Shown here: positions 10,454 to 24,117 of the stretch, piece by piece
How the letters are laid out: the number at the start of each line of letters is the position of its first letter
Numbering within the stretch: position 1 is the stretch's first letter
Origin: an uncultured Planctomycetota bacterium
GTDB lineage: Bacteria > Planctomycetota > Planctomycetia > Isosphaerales > Isosphaeraceae
DNA length: 64,000 bases
Assembly: GCA_963845755.1 (NCBI GenBank)
Contig: CAWJTV010000047.1
Span: forward strand, 192,001-256,000
Direction: 5' to 3'
The notes under the pieces: generated by a model
Seen by the model: the letters and a program-made list of their open reading frames with translations, nothing else
Told to the model about the DNA's origin: nothing
The model's database searches: none
Program-made: the position numbers and the translations under genes

Positions 10454-11377
10454 ATGATCCAGTATGACCCCCACCGCTGGTTCGACCATCTGTTCGACTT
10501 CAGGGGCTCGCTGATCCCCGAGATCACGCTCAGGGTCATGTCGTGCGTGGTCTGGGCGATCGGGGTGGTTGCGTTTCATCACTGGGTCAGGCCGGTGGAC
10601 ATCCCGGCGACGGTGCATACCCTGGTGGGAACCGCCCTGGGACTTCTCCTGGTCTTCCGGACCAACTCCTCGTATGACCGGTTCTGGGAAGGGCGACAGT
10701 TGTGGGGCAACCTGGTCAACGAGTCGCGAAACCTGGCCCGCGGCGCCGCGGTGCACCTGCGTGGTGATCCGGTGCTGATGGACCATGTGATCCGGTGGAC
10801 GGGTGCGTTCCCTTACGCCGTCAAGAACGTGTTACGGGGCACCGAGGGACTGGGCCCGATCGCCGACGAGCTACCCAGGGCCGAGCTCGAATGGGTCCTT
10901 CGCTCCGAACATCCGGCGCTGTCCATCGCGACCCGAATCTCCGCGCGCCTCGTCAAGGCGCGCGACAAGGGGCTGATCTCCGACATCATCCTGGCCGCGC
11001 TGGACCAGAACGTGCAACAACTGGTCGACTATCTGGGCGGCTGCGAGCGAATCAACACGACGCCCTTGCCGTTCGCCTATATGGTACACCTCCGTCGTTT
11101 GCTCATCCTTTACTGCTTTACGCTCCCGTTTGCCCTGGTCGATACCTTCGGCTGGCTTTCGGTGCTGGACACGCTCGGTGTGGCGTATACCTTTTTCGGG
11201 ATCGAGGAGATCGGCGTCGAGATCGAGAATCCCTTCGGCCACGACCTCAACGATCTGGCCCTGGAAGATCTCTGCGCCAAGATCGCCAAGAATGTGCTGG
11301 CCTTGAGCGGACGCCACGATGAAGCCGACGCTCATGACATCACGACCGGTGAGGTGATCAAGATCGGGGTCGAGTAG
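10454..11377 (+). CDS. Bestrophin family channel (YneE-like)
   Basis: GLLLVFRTNSSYDRFWEGRQLWG, GGCERINTTPLPFAY, IEEIGVEIENPFG. Confidence 0.92.
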   Translation: MIQYDPHRWFDHLFDFRGSLIPEITLRVMSCVVWAIGVVAFHHWVRPVDIPATVHTLVGTALGLLLVFRTNSSYDRFWEGRQLWGNLVNESRNLARGAAVHLRGDPVLMDHVIRWTGAFPYAVKNVLRGTEGLGPIADELPRAELEWVLRSEHPALSIATRISARLVKARDKGLISDIILAALDQNVQQLVDYLGGCERINTTPLPFAYMVHLRRLLILYCFTLPFALVDTFGWLSVLDTLGVAYTFFGIEEIGVEIENPFGHDLNDLALEDLCAKIAKNVLALSGRHDEADAHDITTGEVIKIGVE

Positions 11378-11555
11378 GCTCGTTAGCACAAGGCCCAGAA
11401 CCGATGGCTCAGGTCGCGGCTAACCGGCTGACCCGGCGGATTTTTTTCTTGTGTCGCCCCCCTCTTTGCGCACAGTACTTCCGGGAATCGCAGCAAGGCC
11501 AACGGCCTGCGGTGGGAGCCGTCGCCAGCTGCCTTGAGGAAGAGGTAGGATCCCG

Positions 11556-11765
11556 ATGCAAGACGTGCCCAACCCGGCCCTCGATGCCGGGACAATCCGA
11601 AGCATGGCCGCCGAAGTGGTGAGGATTGCGCTGACGACCGCCGAAGTCGATGCGGTACGGACCACGCTAGCCTCGCTCCTCGATGAGATCCGAGGTATCG
11701 CGCCGAGCGACCGGGCCGGCCTCGAGCCCGAGACGACCATCATGGTGGAGGAGTGGCCGCGATGA
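11556..11765 (+). CDS. Small GatC/AtzG-like amidase partner protein
   Basis: 69 aa, helical, with LEP near the C-terminus. Its TGA overlaps the amidase ATG (ATGA). Confidence 0.6.
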   Translation: MQDVPNPALDAGTIRSMAAEVVRIALTTAEVDAVRTTLASLLDEIRGIAPSDRAGLEPETTIMVEEWPR

Positions 11766-13188
11766 TCGACCTGACGACCATGACGGCGCGGAAGATCGCC
11801 GAATCGGTGCGTCGCCGCGAAGTCACGGCAGTCGCGGTGGCCGAAGTGGCCCTCGAGCGGATCGGCAAGCTCAATGACACGCTCCACGCCTTCATCACGG
11901 TGACGCGCACCGAGGCGCTCGCGGCGGCCGAGCGGGTCGATGGCGAGGTCGCCGCCGGTCGGGGACACGACCTGTCGCTCGCGGGCGTTCCAATGGCGAT
12001 TAAGGACAGCTTCTGGACCAAGGGAGTGCGGACCACCGGCGGCACGAAAGTGCTGGCGGATTTCGTCCCCACCGAGGACGCCACGGCCGTGGCTCGTCTG
12101 AAGGCAGCCGGCTGCGTGCTCGTCGGAAAGTCGTCGATGCACGAGATGGCCTACGGATTCACCAGCCGCAACCCGCACTATGGCGACTGCCTCAATCCTT
12201 GGGACCCCGGCCGCATTCCTGGAGGGAGCAGCGGTGGCAACGCCGTCGCGCTGGCGACCGCCATGGCCTTCGCGGCCGTCGGCGGGGACACCGGCGGCTC
12301 GAACCGACAGCCCGCCGCTCTTTGCGGCGTGGTCGGCCTGAAGGTCACTTACGGACGAGTGAGCCGCCACGGGGGCATCCCGCTGAGCTGGTCGATGGAC
12401 ACCGTCGGCCCGATGGCCCGCACCGTCGGCGATGCGGCGGCGCTGTTGCAGGTCATGGCCGGCTTCGACCCCAAGGACCCGACCACGCGCCGCGATTCCC
12501 TGCCCGATTACGTCGGCGCGGCGAACAACGGTCTGAAGGGGATCCGGATCGGTGTACCGCACGACCACTTCATGGCGATGATGGAACCCGACGTCGGCGC
12601 GGCGATCCAGGACGCACTCGGCGTCTTGAAGCAGGCCGGCGCAGACGCTCGTTGAACGTCCGGTTCCCCCCCCTCGAATCGGTGGTCGGCGCGCATCGCG
12701 CGATCATCTTCTCCGAAGCCGCGGCGGCCCACGAGGAGATGATCCGGACCCGAGCCGCCGACATCACCGACGAAGTCCGGCCGCTCTTACAATCGGGACT
12801 GTTCCTCACCGCCACTCAGTATCTCGCCGCCCAGCAGGCGCGCAGGAAGACAATCGCCACGTATCGAAATCTCTGGAAGTCGTTCGACGTGCTCGTGACC
12901 CCCACCAGCCCGATCGCCGCGCCTCTCATCGGTGTGACAACCGCCCGGTTCGGCGAAAAGGAGATCCCGCTCGTCCGGGCCTTCCTCGACCTGACCCTCC
13001 CGTTCAACCTGACCGGTCAGCCCGCGATCTCGGTGCCTTGCGGTTTTACGAAGGCCAGCTTACCGATCGGTCTCCAGCTAGTCGGCCGGCCGTTTGATGA
13101 AGTCACACTCTTCCGCGCCGCGGCGGGTTACGAGTCGGCCACCGATTGGCACAGTCGGATTCCGCCGATCGCGAAGGGTGCGAAATAG
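11762..13188 (+). CDS. Amidase-signature family enzyme (frameshift near 12650)
   Basis: IKD lysine, PGGSSGG, GGDTGGSNRQPA, GLKVTYGRVS. C-terminal half is in the 12199..13188 frame (PFNLTGQPAISVPCG, LPIGLQL). Confidence 0.9.
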
Positions 13189-13285
13189 CCGAGCGCCGCC
13201 ATCCCGGGTGATGCGTCGAATCGCCTCCCCGCTCGAGCAACGCCATGTTACAATCGCGTTGTTCCCCGCAGTCTACACGACATCG

Positions 13286-13915
13286 ATGGAGGGTTCGCAC
13301 AGGAGCACAGCCAGTGCGACCGAGACCCGATATACTCCCGAAGACCTCCTCGCCATGGCCGATGGCAAGAGCTACGAACTGGTCGGCGGACAACTGAGGG
13401 AGCGCAAGATGGGAGTAAAATTGAGTTGGGTTGGAGGCCGCTTACACTCCCGCCTCGATCAGTTCTGTGAGGAGCATGCGGTCGGCTGGGCTTTGCCGGT
13501 CGACACCGGTTATCAGTGCTTTCCCTACGAGCCCCGACGGGTCCGCAAGCCGGATGTCTCGTTCATCCGGTTTGGTCGCCTCCCTGGCGGCCTGTTGCCG
13601 GAGGGTTGGGCCAAGATCCCACCAGATCTGACGGTCGAAATCGTCTCGCCTAACGACCTGGTCGAGGAGCAGGATGAGAACCTGGAGGACTACTGGAAAG
13701 TCGGTGTCCCATTGGTGTGGGTGATCAACCCGAACTCCCGCACAGTGCGTGTCCATCGCAAGGACTGCTCGGCTAGCGATCTCCATGACGCCGGCGAACT
13801 CTCGGGTGAGGACGTGATCCCCGGCTTTCGTTGCCCGGTGCGGGAGATCCTGCCGCGTCGCGAGCCACCCATCGAAACACCATCAAGCCCGATCGGGACG
13901 AACGGACCGGAGTAG
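13286..13915 (+). CDS. Uma2 family endonuclease-like protein, possibly degenerate
   Basis: YELVGGQL, RKPDVSF, PPDLTVEIVSPND, GVPLVWVINP, LSGEDVIPGF. Confidence 0.85.
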   Translation: MEGSHRSTASATETRYTPEDLLAMADGKSYELVGGQLRERKMGVKLSWVGGRLHSRLDQFCEEHAVGWALPVDTGYQCFPYEPRRVRKPDVSFIRFGRLPGGLLPEGWAKIPPDLTVEIVSPNDLVEEQDENLEDYWKVGVPLVWVINPNSRTVRVHRKDCSASDLHDAGELSGEDVIPGFRCPVREILPRREPPIETPSSPIGTNGPE

Positions 13916-13938
13916 CCGTCTGGGCCGCGAACCGAAGG

Positions 13939-15099
13939 TCAAATTCGCGTGGAATCGACGACGATCCGTGGTCGGGCGTCCTGTCGCTTCCGCTTGGACT
14001 CTTTAGCCTTCTCCAGCTCCCATGCCGCCTCCTTGGCCAGTTCGTCGGATCGGGCCTTCTGGACCTCGCTCACGAGCTCCTTGAGTGTCTTGAACTTGGT
14101 GTACTGGACCAGGACTTTCCGCCGGCTCTCGGCCTGCTCGACTTGAAACTCGGCCTTCTTGATCGCGAGGAGTTTTGCGGAAATCGGGTGGTCCGTAGCG
14201 AGCGGATTCCTCCAGCCTTTCTCGATGGCGACCCTCGCTTGCTCCCGACATGCCTCGAGACTCGACTGTGCCCGCCTCAGATCCACTTCGATCGTAGCCA
14301 GTTCTTGTGGAAAGCCGACTTCGACGTACTCCGCCACGTCGATCTCTGCGAGTTCACGTTTCAGGCGTGCATCGCGAAATGCGGTCTCCGCCCGCAGGGT
14401 GGACTTACGTTGCTGGAACCGCCCACCTTTCTGAGGGATTTCGTTAGCCGCGGGGCGTTCATCACCGGCTCCAGGCTGAGGCTGAGGAAGCTGCCGCTCC
14501 AGGTCTGCCTGCTTGGCCCTTTCTCGCTCCCAGGTGGCCAGCTTGGCCAGCTCATCGGCGCGGGCCTTCTCGGCCGCGCTCTGAAGTCCCTTGACTCTCT
14601 TGGCCTTGGTGTATTCGACCATCACCTTTCGCCTGGTTCGAGCCTGCTCGAGGGCAAACTGGGCTTTCTTCAAGGACAGTTCTTCAGAGAGCTTCGTGGC
14701 CTTGGATACATAGCCCTTATCGAACATCCTCCTGGCCCAGCCGACGCGATCCTCGGACCGCGACAGGTCCGACTCGGCGAGCTTGATCTCACCCTCGACC
14801 GCCGCCAGATCTCGGGGATAGCTACTCCACGCATATTCTTCGACGGCGATCTCGGCGAGCTCGTGCGTAGCTTTGGCGATCTCATAAGCGGCCCCGGCTT
14901 TCCGCGTAGCCAGTTGCTGCGCGCGGAGCCTGAACTGTGGCGTGGGACCTGGAGTGTCGATACCGGCCGGTGCCGTTCCCTTCGCGCGCGGCGACGCCTC
15001 CTGGGCGTGGAGGAACGAGCCGCAACCACCGAAGACGAAGGCTCCTGCCATCAGCAAGAGGTGAACTCCGGCACGATGTGTGCGCGATTGGTACCGCAT
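13939..15099 (-). CDS. Secreted protein with two HlyD-like coiled-coil repeats
   Basis: Signal peptide ending FLHA|Q. Two repeats sharing ELAEI.V.EY, KKA.F..EQA...RKV...YTK and KAR.DELAK.A.WE.E.AK. Confidence 0.75.
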   Translation of the reverse strand: MRYQSRTHRAGVHLLLMAGAFVFGGCGSFLHAQEASPRAKGTAPAGIDTPGPTPQFRLRAQQLATRKAGAAYEIAKATHELAEIAVEEYAWSSYPRDLAAVEGEIKLAESDLSRSEDRVGWARRMFDKGYVSKATKLSEELSLKKAQFALEQARTRRKVMVEYTKAKRVKGLQSAAEKARADELAKLATWERERAKQADLERQLPQPQPGAGDERPAANEIPQKGGRFQQRKSTLRAETAFRDARLKRELAEIDVAEYVEVGFPQELATIEVDLRRAQSSLEACREQARVAIEKGWRNPLATDHPISAKLLAIKKAEFQVEQAESRRKVLVQYTKFKTLKELVSEVQKARSDELAKEAAWELEKAKESKRKRQDARPRIVVDSTRI

Positions 15100-15317
15100 G
15101 AGACCGGCCCCCGTTCCTTCGACAGGTGATGGAGCATGGCGCATCCCTACGCGGAATCCCCCTTCATCTGGGAGTCATGCTCCTTGTCTCGCGAATCGTG
15201 TGAGGGTGGGGCGCCTTGCCTATCGTCGGGCATCGCGCCCGATTACACTCATAATGCGTCAAACGCTGACGGCTGGGAACCAAATTTCTAGAATCGCATC
15301 GGCGTGTGGTGTCCCCC

Positions 15318-18458
<3,141 letters not shown>

Positions 18459-18604
18459 GGTGGCCAGGTGGCTGATGGCTAGGGGTGAGAATCCCGTGAC
18501 AGATTGCTCGATAAGTGGCGGATAGCTGGCGACTCGGCAAACACCTCGAACGGGAGTTTGTCCTGGTCTTCGCTAGCCGATAGCCGCCAGCCACTACGAA
18601 TGCG

Positions 18605-20245
18605 CTATTCCTCGTCGGGCTCGTTCTGAAGAATAAGCTCACTCTTGAGAAAGAAGGCGCCGGAGGAAACCACGGGATCGCCTGGACTGAGCCCCGCCTT
18701 GATGACCAGGCGGTCGCCGATCAAGCGGCCAACCTTCACGGGTCTCACCGTGAACGTCCGCGGTGGGCCATTCTTTCCTGCGGGCGAGAAGACAAACTTG
18801 AGGGTATCCACTTCCTCAACCGAATTGGCGGGGACCGTCAGGGCCTCCTCGCTGGCCGAGCTATCCAGGAGGATTCTCACGAACATGTCCACCTTGAGCA
18901 AACCATCACGGTTCTCGGTTTCGGCTCGAATGGGGACCGTACGAGTCTGGGGGTCGACCACGGAGCCGATCGAGAGCAACCGGGCCTGAAACTCTCGGCC
19001 GGGGTAGGCGGTTGCTTTGAAGTGAACCGTCCCGCCCTGGATCCTGGGCAGCTTGGCAAGGTCCGACTCAGGCACGTTCGCCGTGACCCAGGCCGTGCTG
19101 AGATCGGCCAGGTTGAAGAGGACATCGTTCACATCCGCCTTCTGGCTGGGGACGGCCGATCGCTTGATGATTGTGCCGTCGAACGGGGCGACGATCCCGT
19201 AGAACGTCACATCCTCGTCCAGGGCCAGGGCGGTCCCTTGTTCGGGATGTTTCAGCAATTCGCGGATGTCTTCCGAAACCCCGAGGATCCGCAGTCGCTG
19301 GGCCGCGTCCACAACGGCCGCCTCCGCCTGGCGCAACGCCTGGTTGGCCAGGCGATTCTCCTGGGCCGCGTCAAAGGCGACTTGCTCCATGGCCCCTTCG
19401 AGTTTGCCCTGCACACCCTGGCGGGTGTGTCGCGCCATCAGGACCGGGTGTTCGCCGAGATACTGCTGTTGTTTGAGCTTGGAGGTCTTTTCTTCCTCAT
19501 GCGCGGCGATATCGTAATCGGCCAGCGCTTGCAGGAGGGTGCCGCGGTAGGCGCCGAGCTGTTTATCGGCGAATTGCTTCTCGATCGTCTTGGCGTCGTC
19601 CCTGGGGCGTTCCTCATGAGCGTGTTTCGCATCGTCGTGTCGATCCACGACATCCGCGCTGCGTCGCGCAATCTCCTGGCGCAAAACGGGGATCAGGCCG
19701 GCCACGTTGGTGGCGATCTCGGCTTTCCATGCGGCCTCGAAACGCGCGGTGACCAGCTCGCGCTGCCGGGCGCGAAGGTCGAGCCGGCCCTTGCCGATGT
19801 CGGGGCTGTCCAGGATGACCAGCGTATCTCCGCGCTTGACCTGCTGACCCTGCAGAACGTGGACCTCGCGGACGATGCCGGTGGCGCGGGGTCGAATGTC
19901 GACCCGGCGATCGGCGTTGGCCTGGATCAAACCCGGGACTCCAACCTCGGTGGCGATCCGATCCAACCGCGCCGGTTCCGTCGCGATCTTGGCCTCGCGG
20001 TATTTCGACTCCGACAGCGAAATGGTTGACGGAGTGGCCCGGGCCGGCTCTTTCGCTTCCGCACCCGTCCGCGACGCGGACGCGGATTGCGGGGTCTGGA
20101 GTGCCGCATGAAGTCTCGTGGGTCCGAGCAGGTCATAAGTGAGATGAGCGGTCAAGAGGACGAGGCACAATCCCATACCTGCCCACGGTAAAACCTGGCG
20201 TATCGACCATCTGGCCGACCGAGTGTGATTGATTGCAACTGACAT
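18605..20245 (-). CDS. Efflux RND periplasmic adaptor (CzcB/CusB-like) with long helical insertion
   Basis: N-terminal TM, GIVREVHVLQGQQVKRGDTL, IVAPFDGTI, VDPQTRTVPIR, GLSPGDPVVSSGAFFLKSE. GGGAG upstream of ATG 20245. Confidence 0.9.
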   Translation of the reverse strand: MSVAINHTRSARWSIRQVLPWAGMGLCLVLLTAHLTYDLLGPTRLHAALQTPQSASASRTGAEAKEPARATPSTISLSESKYREAKIATEPARLDRIATEVGVPGLIQANADRRVDIRPRATGIVREVHVLQGQQVKRGDTLVILDSPDIGKGRLDLRARQRELVTARFEAAWKAEIATNVAGLIPVLRQEIARRSADVVDRHDDAKHAHEERPRDDAKTIEKQFADKQLGAYRGTLLQALADYDIAAHEEEKTSKLKQQQYLGEHPVLMARHTRQGVQGKLEGAMEQVAFDAAQENRLANQALRQAEAAVVDAAQRLRILGVSEDIRELLKHPEQGTALALDEDVTFYGIVAPFDGTIIKRSAVPSQKADVNDVLFNLADLSTAWVTANVPESDLAKLPRIQGGTVHFKATAYPGREFQARLLSIGSVVDPQTRTVPIRAETENRDGLLKVDMFVRILLDSSASEEALTVPANSVEEVDTLKFVFSPAGKNGPPRTFTVRPVKVGRLIGDRLVIKAGLSPGDPVVSSGAFFLKSELILQNEPDEE

Positions 20246-20494
20246 GAAATGACTCTCCCGTCTGGGTGGGCGAACCGTTTTCGAAGTCGAGGAATCTGCG
20301 GGATATGCCGGATTGTGACCCGGCTTGAGCCGTGTCGTGACGACACAGCAGCCGCTGTCGAAGCCGATCCAGATTGGTCGGTTGATCCGGCACGAGATCT
20401 TGACAGGATTGCGGGCGACGACACGGGCCATCCTGTCGTTCCGCGCGTCCGACGCGCCGAAGGCGACGGACAGATGATCGACGGTTTCGCCGAT

Positions 20495-21050
20495 TCAGCA
20501 ATTCCAGCGCTGGAAGAGTGAGATGCGCGCGGCGCGCAGGTTCGCTACGCCGCCGGGTGGGCAGGAGGAGAAGATCCCTGATCGGGGGTCATCGGTCGTG
20601 GCTGAGCTGCAAGCGGGGCTCGAACCCGCACCCGAAAGGCGAAGGGACAGAAGGTCAAGGAGCCGACCGCGGCTATCCGGGCGGATCGCAGGCGTACCGG
20701 TCCAGTCCGGTTCGGGCCAATCGCCGATATGGGCATGAAGCGCGGGGCCGGGGCGAGGTGAATGATGCTCGTCATCGGCACCAGACTCCTGGGAACCCGG
20801 GGCGACCAGGGGGAGGAACCAGTGCCAGTGCAGCAGCGCGACATCGTCGTTGGAATTGGCGTGAGGATGCCAGCGCAAGAGATGGTCGTGGTAGAGGCAG
20901 ATCTCGCCGGGGGCGTCGTGGTGGCGAATATTGTGATAGTCAGCCTGGGGCAGCGGAATTCGAATTGCGCCGAGGATCAGGATGCCGATCCCCAGCGATC
21001 TCCAGCCGCGCCATTCTGACCGCCACCAGGAAGACACGATTCTGCCTCAT
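20495..21050 (-). CDS. His-rich exported protein upstream of the metal efflux genes (start uncertain)
   Basis: Hydrophobic N-terminus, then HNIRHHD, YHDHLLRWHPH, LHWHW, EHH, LHAH. GTG at 21037 is in frame; ATG at 21050 joins with one frameshift near 21005. Confidence 0.7.
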
Positions 21051-21301
21051 TCACGGATCCCACGTAGGATCGAACGGTACGATTGGATGCAATCACTGCC
21101 GGTGCAGTTTCGATCCGGTAGGGAGATTGTCCGTGGTTCCCTATTATGAATGGGAGTAAGGAGCAGGTCAAGTTGACGCACGGCTGCACGTTCGCCGATC
21201 CGAGGCGGGTGCAGCCATCCGGGGTAGGAATTTCCCGCGGCTTGTCCCCCCTTGACGCCGGGAAGCGAGTTTCCAGCCAGGCTTTTCGAATCCCGAAACC
21301 T

Positions 21302-22405
21302 TCAGGTGGGAAGGTGGCCGAGGGTGAGTGGACTCCTTTCGGCTGAAGCCGGGCGGCGCGAGGACGATCGCTCATCTTGAGGCGTGTCGGCATCGGGTCG
21401 GTATGGGATACGATCCTTCAGTCGGAGAATTGGTCGCTCGATCAGATACCAGGAAGCCGTCGCAATCGCGAGCGTCAGGACGCAGGCGTTGGCGCAGATG
21501 GCCACTCTCGGAACGACTTGAAGGTAGGTACCCAGCATTTCAGATATCTTGATGATGGGGAAATGATAGAGGTAGATGCCATAACTGATCGTCCCCAGGT
21601 AAACCAGGGGTGCCTTACGCAGCAGAGCGAGCGCGGGATGGCCGGAATGACAGACCACCAGGCTGACCAGAATGAACGAGCCGAGCGAGGCGAGGGTCGC
21701 CCGCGCCGCCATGGTCATCGGGCCAAACCCCTCGAACAAATGACCGGTCGCGATCAAGAGGCGCAGCCTGGAGCGCCGCGACGATCCCGATAATCGTCGC
21801 CCATCTCCCCGCCCGAGCGCGCCTGCGCGCTCGGCGTCCGTATCGGCCATGATCACCGCCAGGAATCCGCCCAGGGCGAAGCCGTCGCAGCGGGCAAGGA
21901 GCAGTAACCAATGGAAGCCGGCGTACCGCGCCTCGATTCCGATCACCGCGATGGCCAACGCCAGATAACCCGTTCGCCGCTTCCCTGCCAGCAGGACCAG
22001 CAGCGGCCAGATCAGATAGAACTGCTCCTCCAGCGCAAGCGACCAGGTGTGCTCGATCGGCAACCAGAGGGGCATCTCACCGCCCCAGTACAGCGGTGTT
22101 TGTTGGGTGTAGGTCAGGTAATAGGCTAAGGCCTCGGAATTACCGAGCCCTGCCAAGATGAGGACCAGAATCAGCAGGTAATAGATCGGCCAGATGCGCA
22201 GGCCACGGCGTAAATAGAAAGACCTCAAGAACTGCCATGACAGCTTGTGCTGAATGACGATCACCGTGATCAGATAGCCGGAGAGGACGAAGAAGACGTC
22301 CAGCGCCGCCCAGCACCCCGGCAAGTAGTCCTTATAGAGATGAACGGCGACAATGAGCATCGCCGATACGCCGCGCAGCCCATCGAGTTCCGCGATCCGT
22401 CGCAT
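21302..22405 (-). CDS. Acyltransferase 3 (OafA-like) membrane O-acyltransferase
   Basis: ELDGLRGV, DVFFVLSGYLIT, FYLRRGLRIWP, HTWSLALEEQFY, LGTISYGIYLYH. About 21770-21830 looks locally out of frame (the alternate frame gives TM WATIIGIVAAL). Confidence 0.9.
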   Translation of the reverse strand: MRRIAELDGLRGVSAMLIVAVHLYKDYLPGCWAALDVFFVLSGYLITVIVIQHKLSWQFLRSFYLRRGLRIWPIYYLLILVLILAGLGNSEALAYYLTYTQQTPLYWGGEMPLWLPIEHTWSLALEEQFYLIWPLLVLLAGKRRTGYLALAIAVIGIEARYAGFHWLLLLARCDGFALGGFLAVIMADTDAERAGALGRGDGRRLSGSSRRSRLRLLIATGHLFEGFGPMTMAARATLASLGSFILVSLVVCHSGHPALALLRKAPLVYLGTISYGIYLYHFPIIKISEMLGTYLQVVPRVAICANACVLTLAIATASWYLIERPILRLKDRIPYRPDADTPQDERSSSRRPASAERSPLTLGHLPT

Positions 22406-22622
22406 GGTCGATCCTCCTGGTCGATGACACCGAGCGACATTACCCTACATGATCAGTGCCTCGTCAGCAAGAGCATTGAATACATCGAAAATCGCGTCGA
22501 ACGATCCGCTTTGACGCTTCGTCAATACGATCTTGACAATCCCTGACGGGACGGCAAACTGACGCACCTCGATTCCGGAGAAGGAACGGGCACAATTCGA
22601 TCGTAGGGGAGCGCGTGCGGCC

Positions 22623-23782
22623 ATGGTGGGCAGACGAAGCGTAGGAGTGCGCCGCGGCGTGTTGGGCCTGACGATCGTCGCGGGTCTTGTCTGGGTACTC
22701 GCAGTGATGTCGGCAGGCCGCCTTGTCGCTGACGACGCGAACCGAAAACCCGCTTCTGGAGCAGATCAGACTCGAGGCGAGGAGCCGGCGTCGCCGCATC
22801 TCAAAGTCCGCCGGTTCGAGATCGGCCAGGGGCCGCGCTCCTACTGGTTGTTCGAGCCCGACCAGCCCCGGCCCGAAAGACGCCCGTGGTCGTCTTCCTC
22901 CACGGCTGGTTCGCGGTCAATCCGGGGTTCTACGGGGCGTGGATCGACCACCTGGTTCGGAATGGCCGGATCGTCATCTTCCCGCGCTACCAGAACGATG
23001 TCGGGACCATGCCGCAGGAGTTCCTGCCCAACGTGGTGGCGGCACTGAATGACGCCTTGGGGGCCCTGCACGTTGGTGTTGACCACGTCCGGCCGGATCT
23101 GACCCGGTTTGCCCTGATCGGCCATTCTGCCGGCGGAAACCTGGCGGCACAGATCGCCGCGCTGGCCGCCGATCCTCACGCGGGACTTCCGATCCCCAAG
23201 GCGCTGGTCGTCGTGATGCCCGGTGAGGTGATCCCGATGCGACGCCCTAGCCTGGACCGCATCCCGGAGTTGACCTTGATGATCGTCATGGTCGGCGAGG
23301 AAGATATCGTTGTCGGCGATCTTCGCGGCAGGCAGATCTTTTCCGAGGCGACCGCAATTCCACCGGCACGCAAGCGGTTCATCTTCTTCCGATCCGATCG
23401 TCATGGACATCCAGCCCTGATCGCCGATCATGCCGCGCCGACCGGTGTCCATCCCAGGCTCGACAACGGCGAAGGCCTCTTCCGTTCGCTTCAATTGAGC
23501 TTCAGCGATGTCAACGCGCTGGATCGCGCGGGTTTCTGGCGAATCGCCGACGTGACACTGGACGCAGCCTTTGCCGGAAAGAGCATCGACGAGATCGCAC
23601 GCGACCCCGAGCGATTCCGGCACCTCGGATACTGGAGTGACGGACGTCGCGTCACGCCTCCCGTCGTAGGCACGGATCTCAAGGACATGCCCCGCGTCAT
23701 CCCGGTCAACGGGCTGAAGATCTTCCCCTGGTCGTTAGCCCCGAAACCCAAAGTCGTGCTGGGTGCCGACCCGTCCCAATGA
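22623..23782 (+). CDS. Secreted alpha/beta hydrolase (frameshift near 22880)
   Basis: Signal peptide in the 22623 frame. VVFLHGW, GHSAGG nucleophile elbow and D/H candidates in the 22886 frame. Confidence 0.85.
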
Positions 23783-24117
23783 CCGCGCCCGGATTGCCGC
23801 GGGAATTAGCGGATGGCGTGGTCCTTGCACGTTGCACGGCTTGAAGAGGAGGTTCCGATTCCGGGATGGCTTCGGGGGCGGCAAGGTTGCGCGATCGGGG
23901 ATCGCGGGTGAATGGGGTGAGATGACCCTGCGAGATTCGATCCCTTTCTCCGAGTGCGACGTCTCCCGACCGATCGGCCCGGCAGCTCGCGCGTGCGGCT
24001 CGAACCGGCGCGGGCCAGGCTCATTCTCCATGACGCGCCGGTCGATACGATGAGATGAGGGAGCAGACCGAGGACAGACGGGAGGCAGTCGGGCGGCCAG
24101 GGAGGGCTGAGGGATCG

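Noticed and set aside
11762..13188. Calling the amidase gatA
   Set aside because: No gatB is adjacent and the C-terminal half lacks recognisable GatA-specific motifs, so it is left as a generic amidase.
20250..20490. Metal riboswitch before the adaptor gene
   Set aside because: Several hairpins exist (ACAGGAT/ATCCTGT, GTGTCGT/ACGACAC), but I cannot match a NiCo or yybP consensus and such stems are expected at this GC content.
22544..22570. c-di-GMP-I riboswitch (GGCAAAC...GACGCA)
   Set aside because: There is no intervening GAAA-capped stem and the spacing is far too short.
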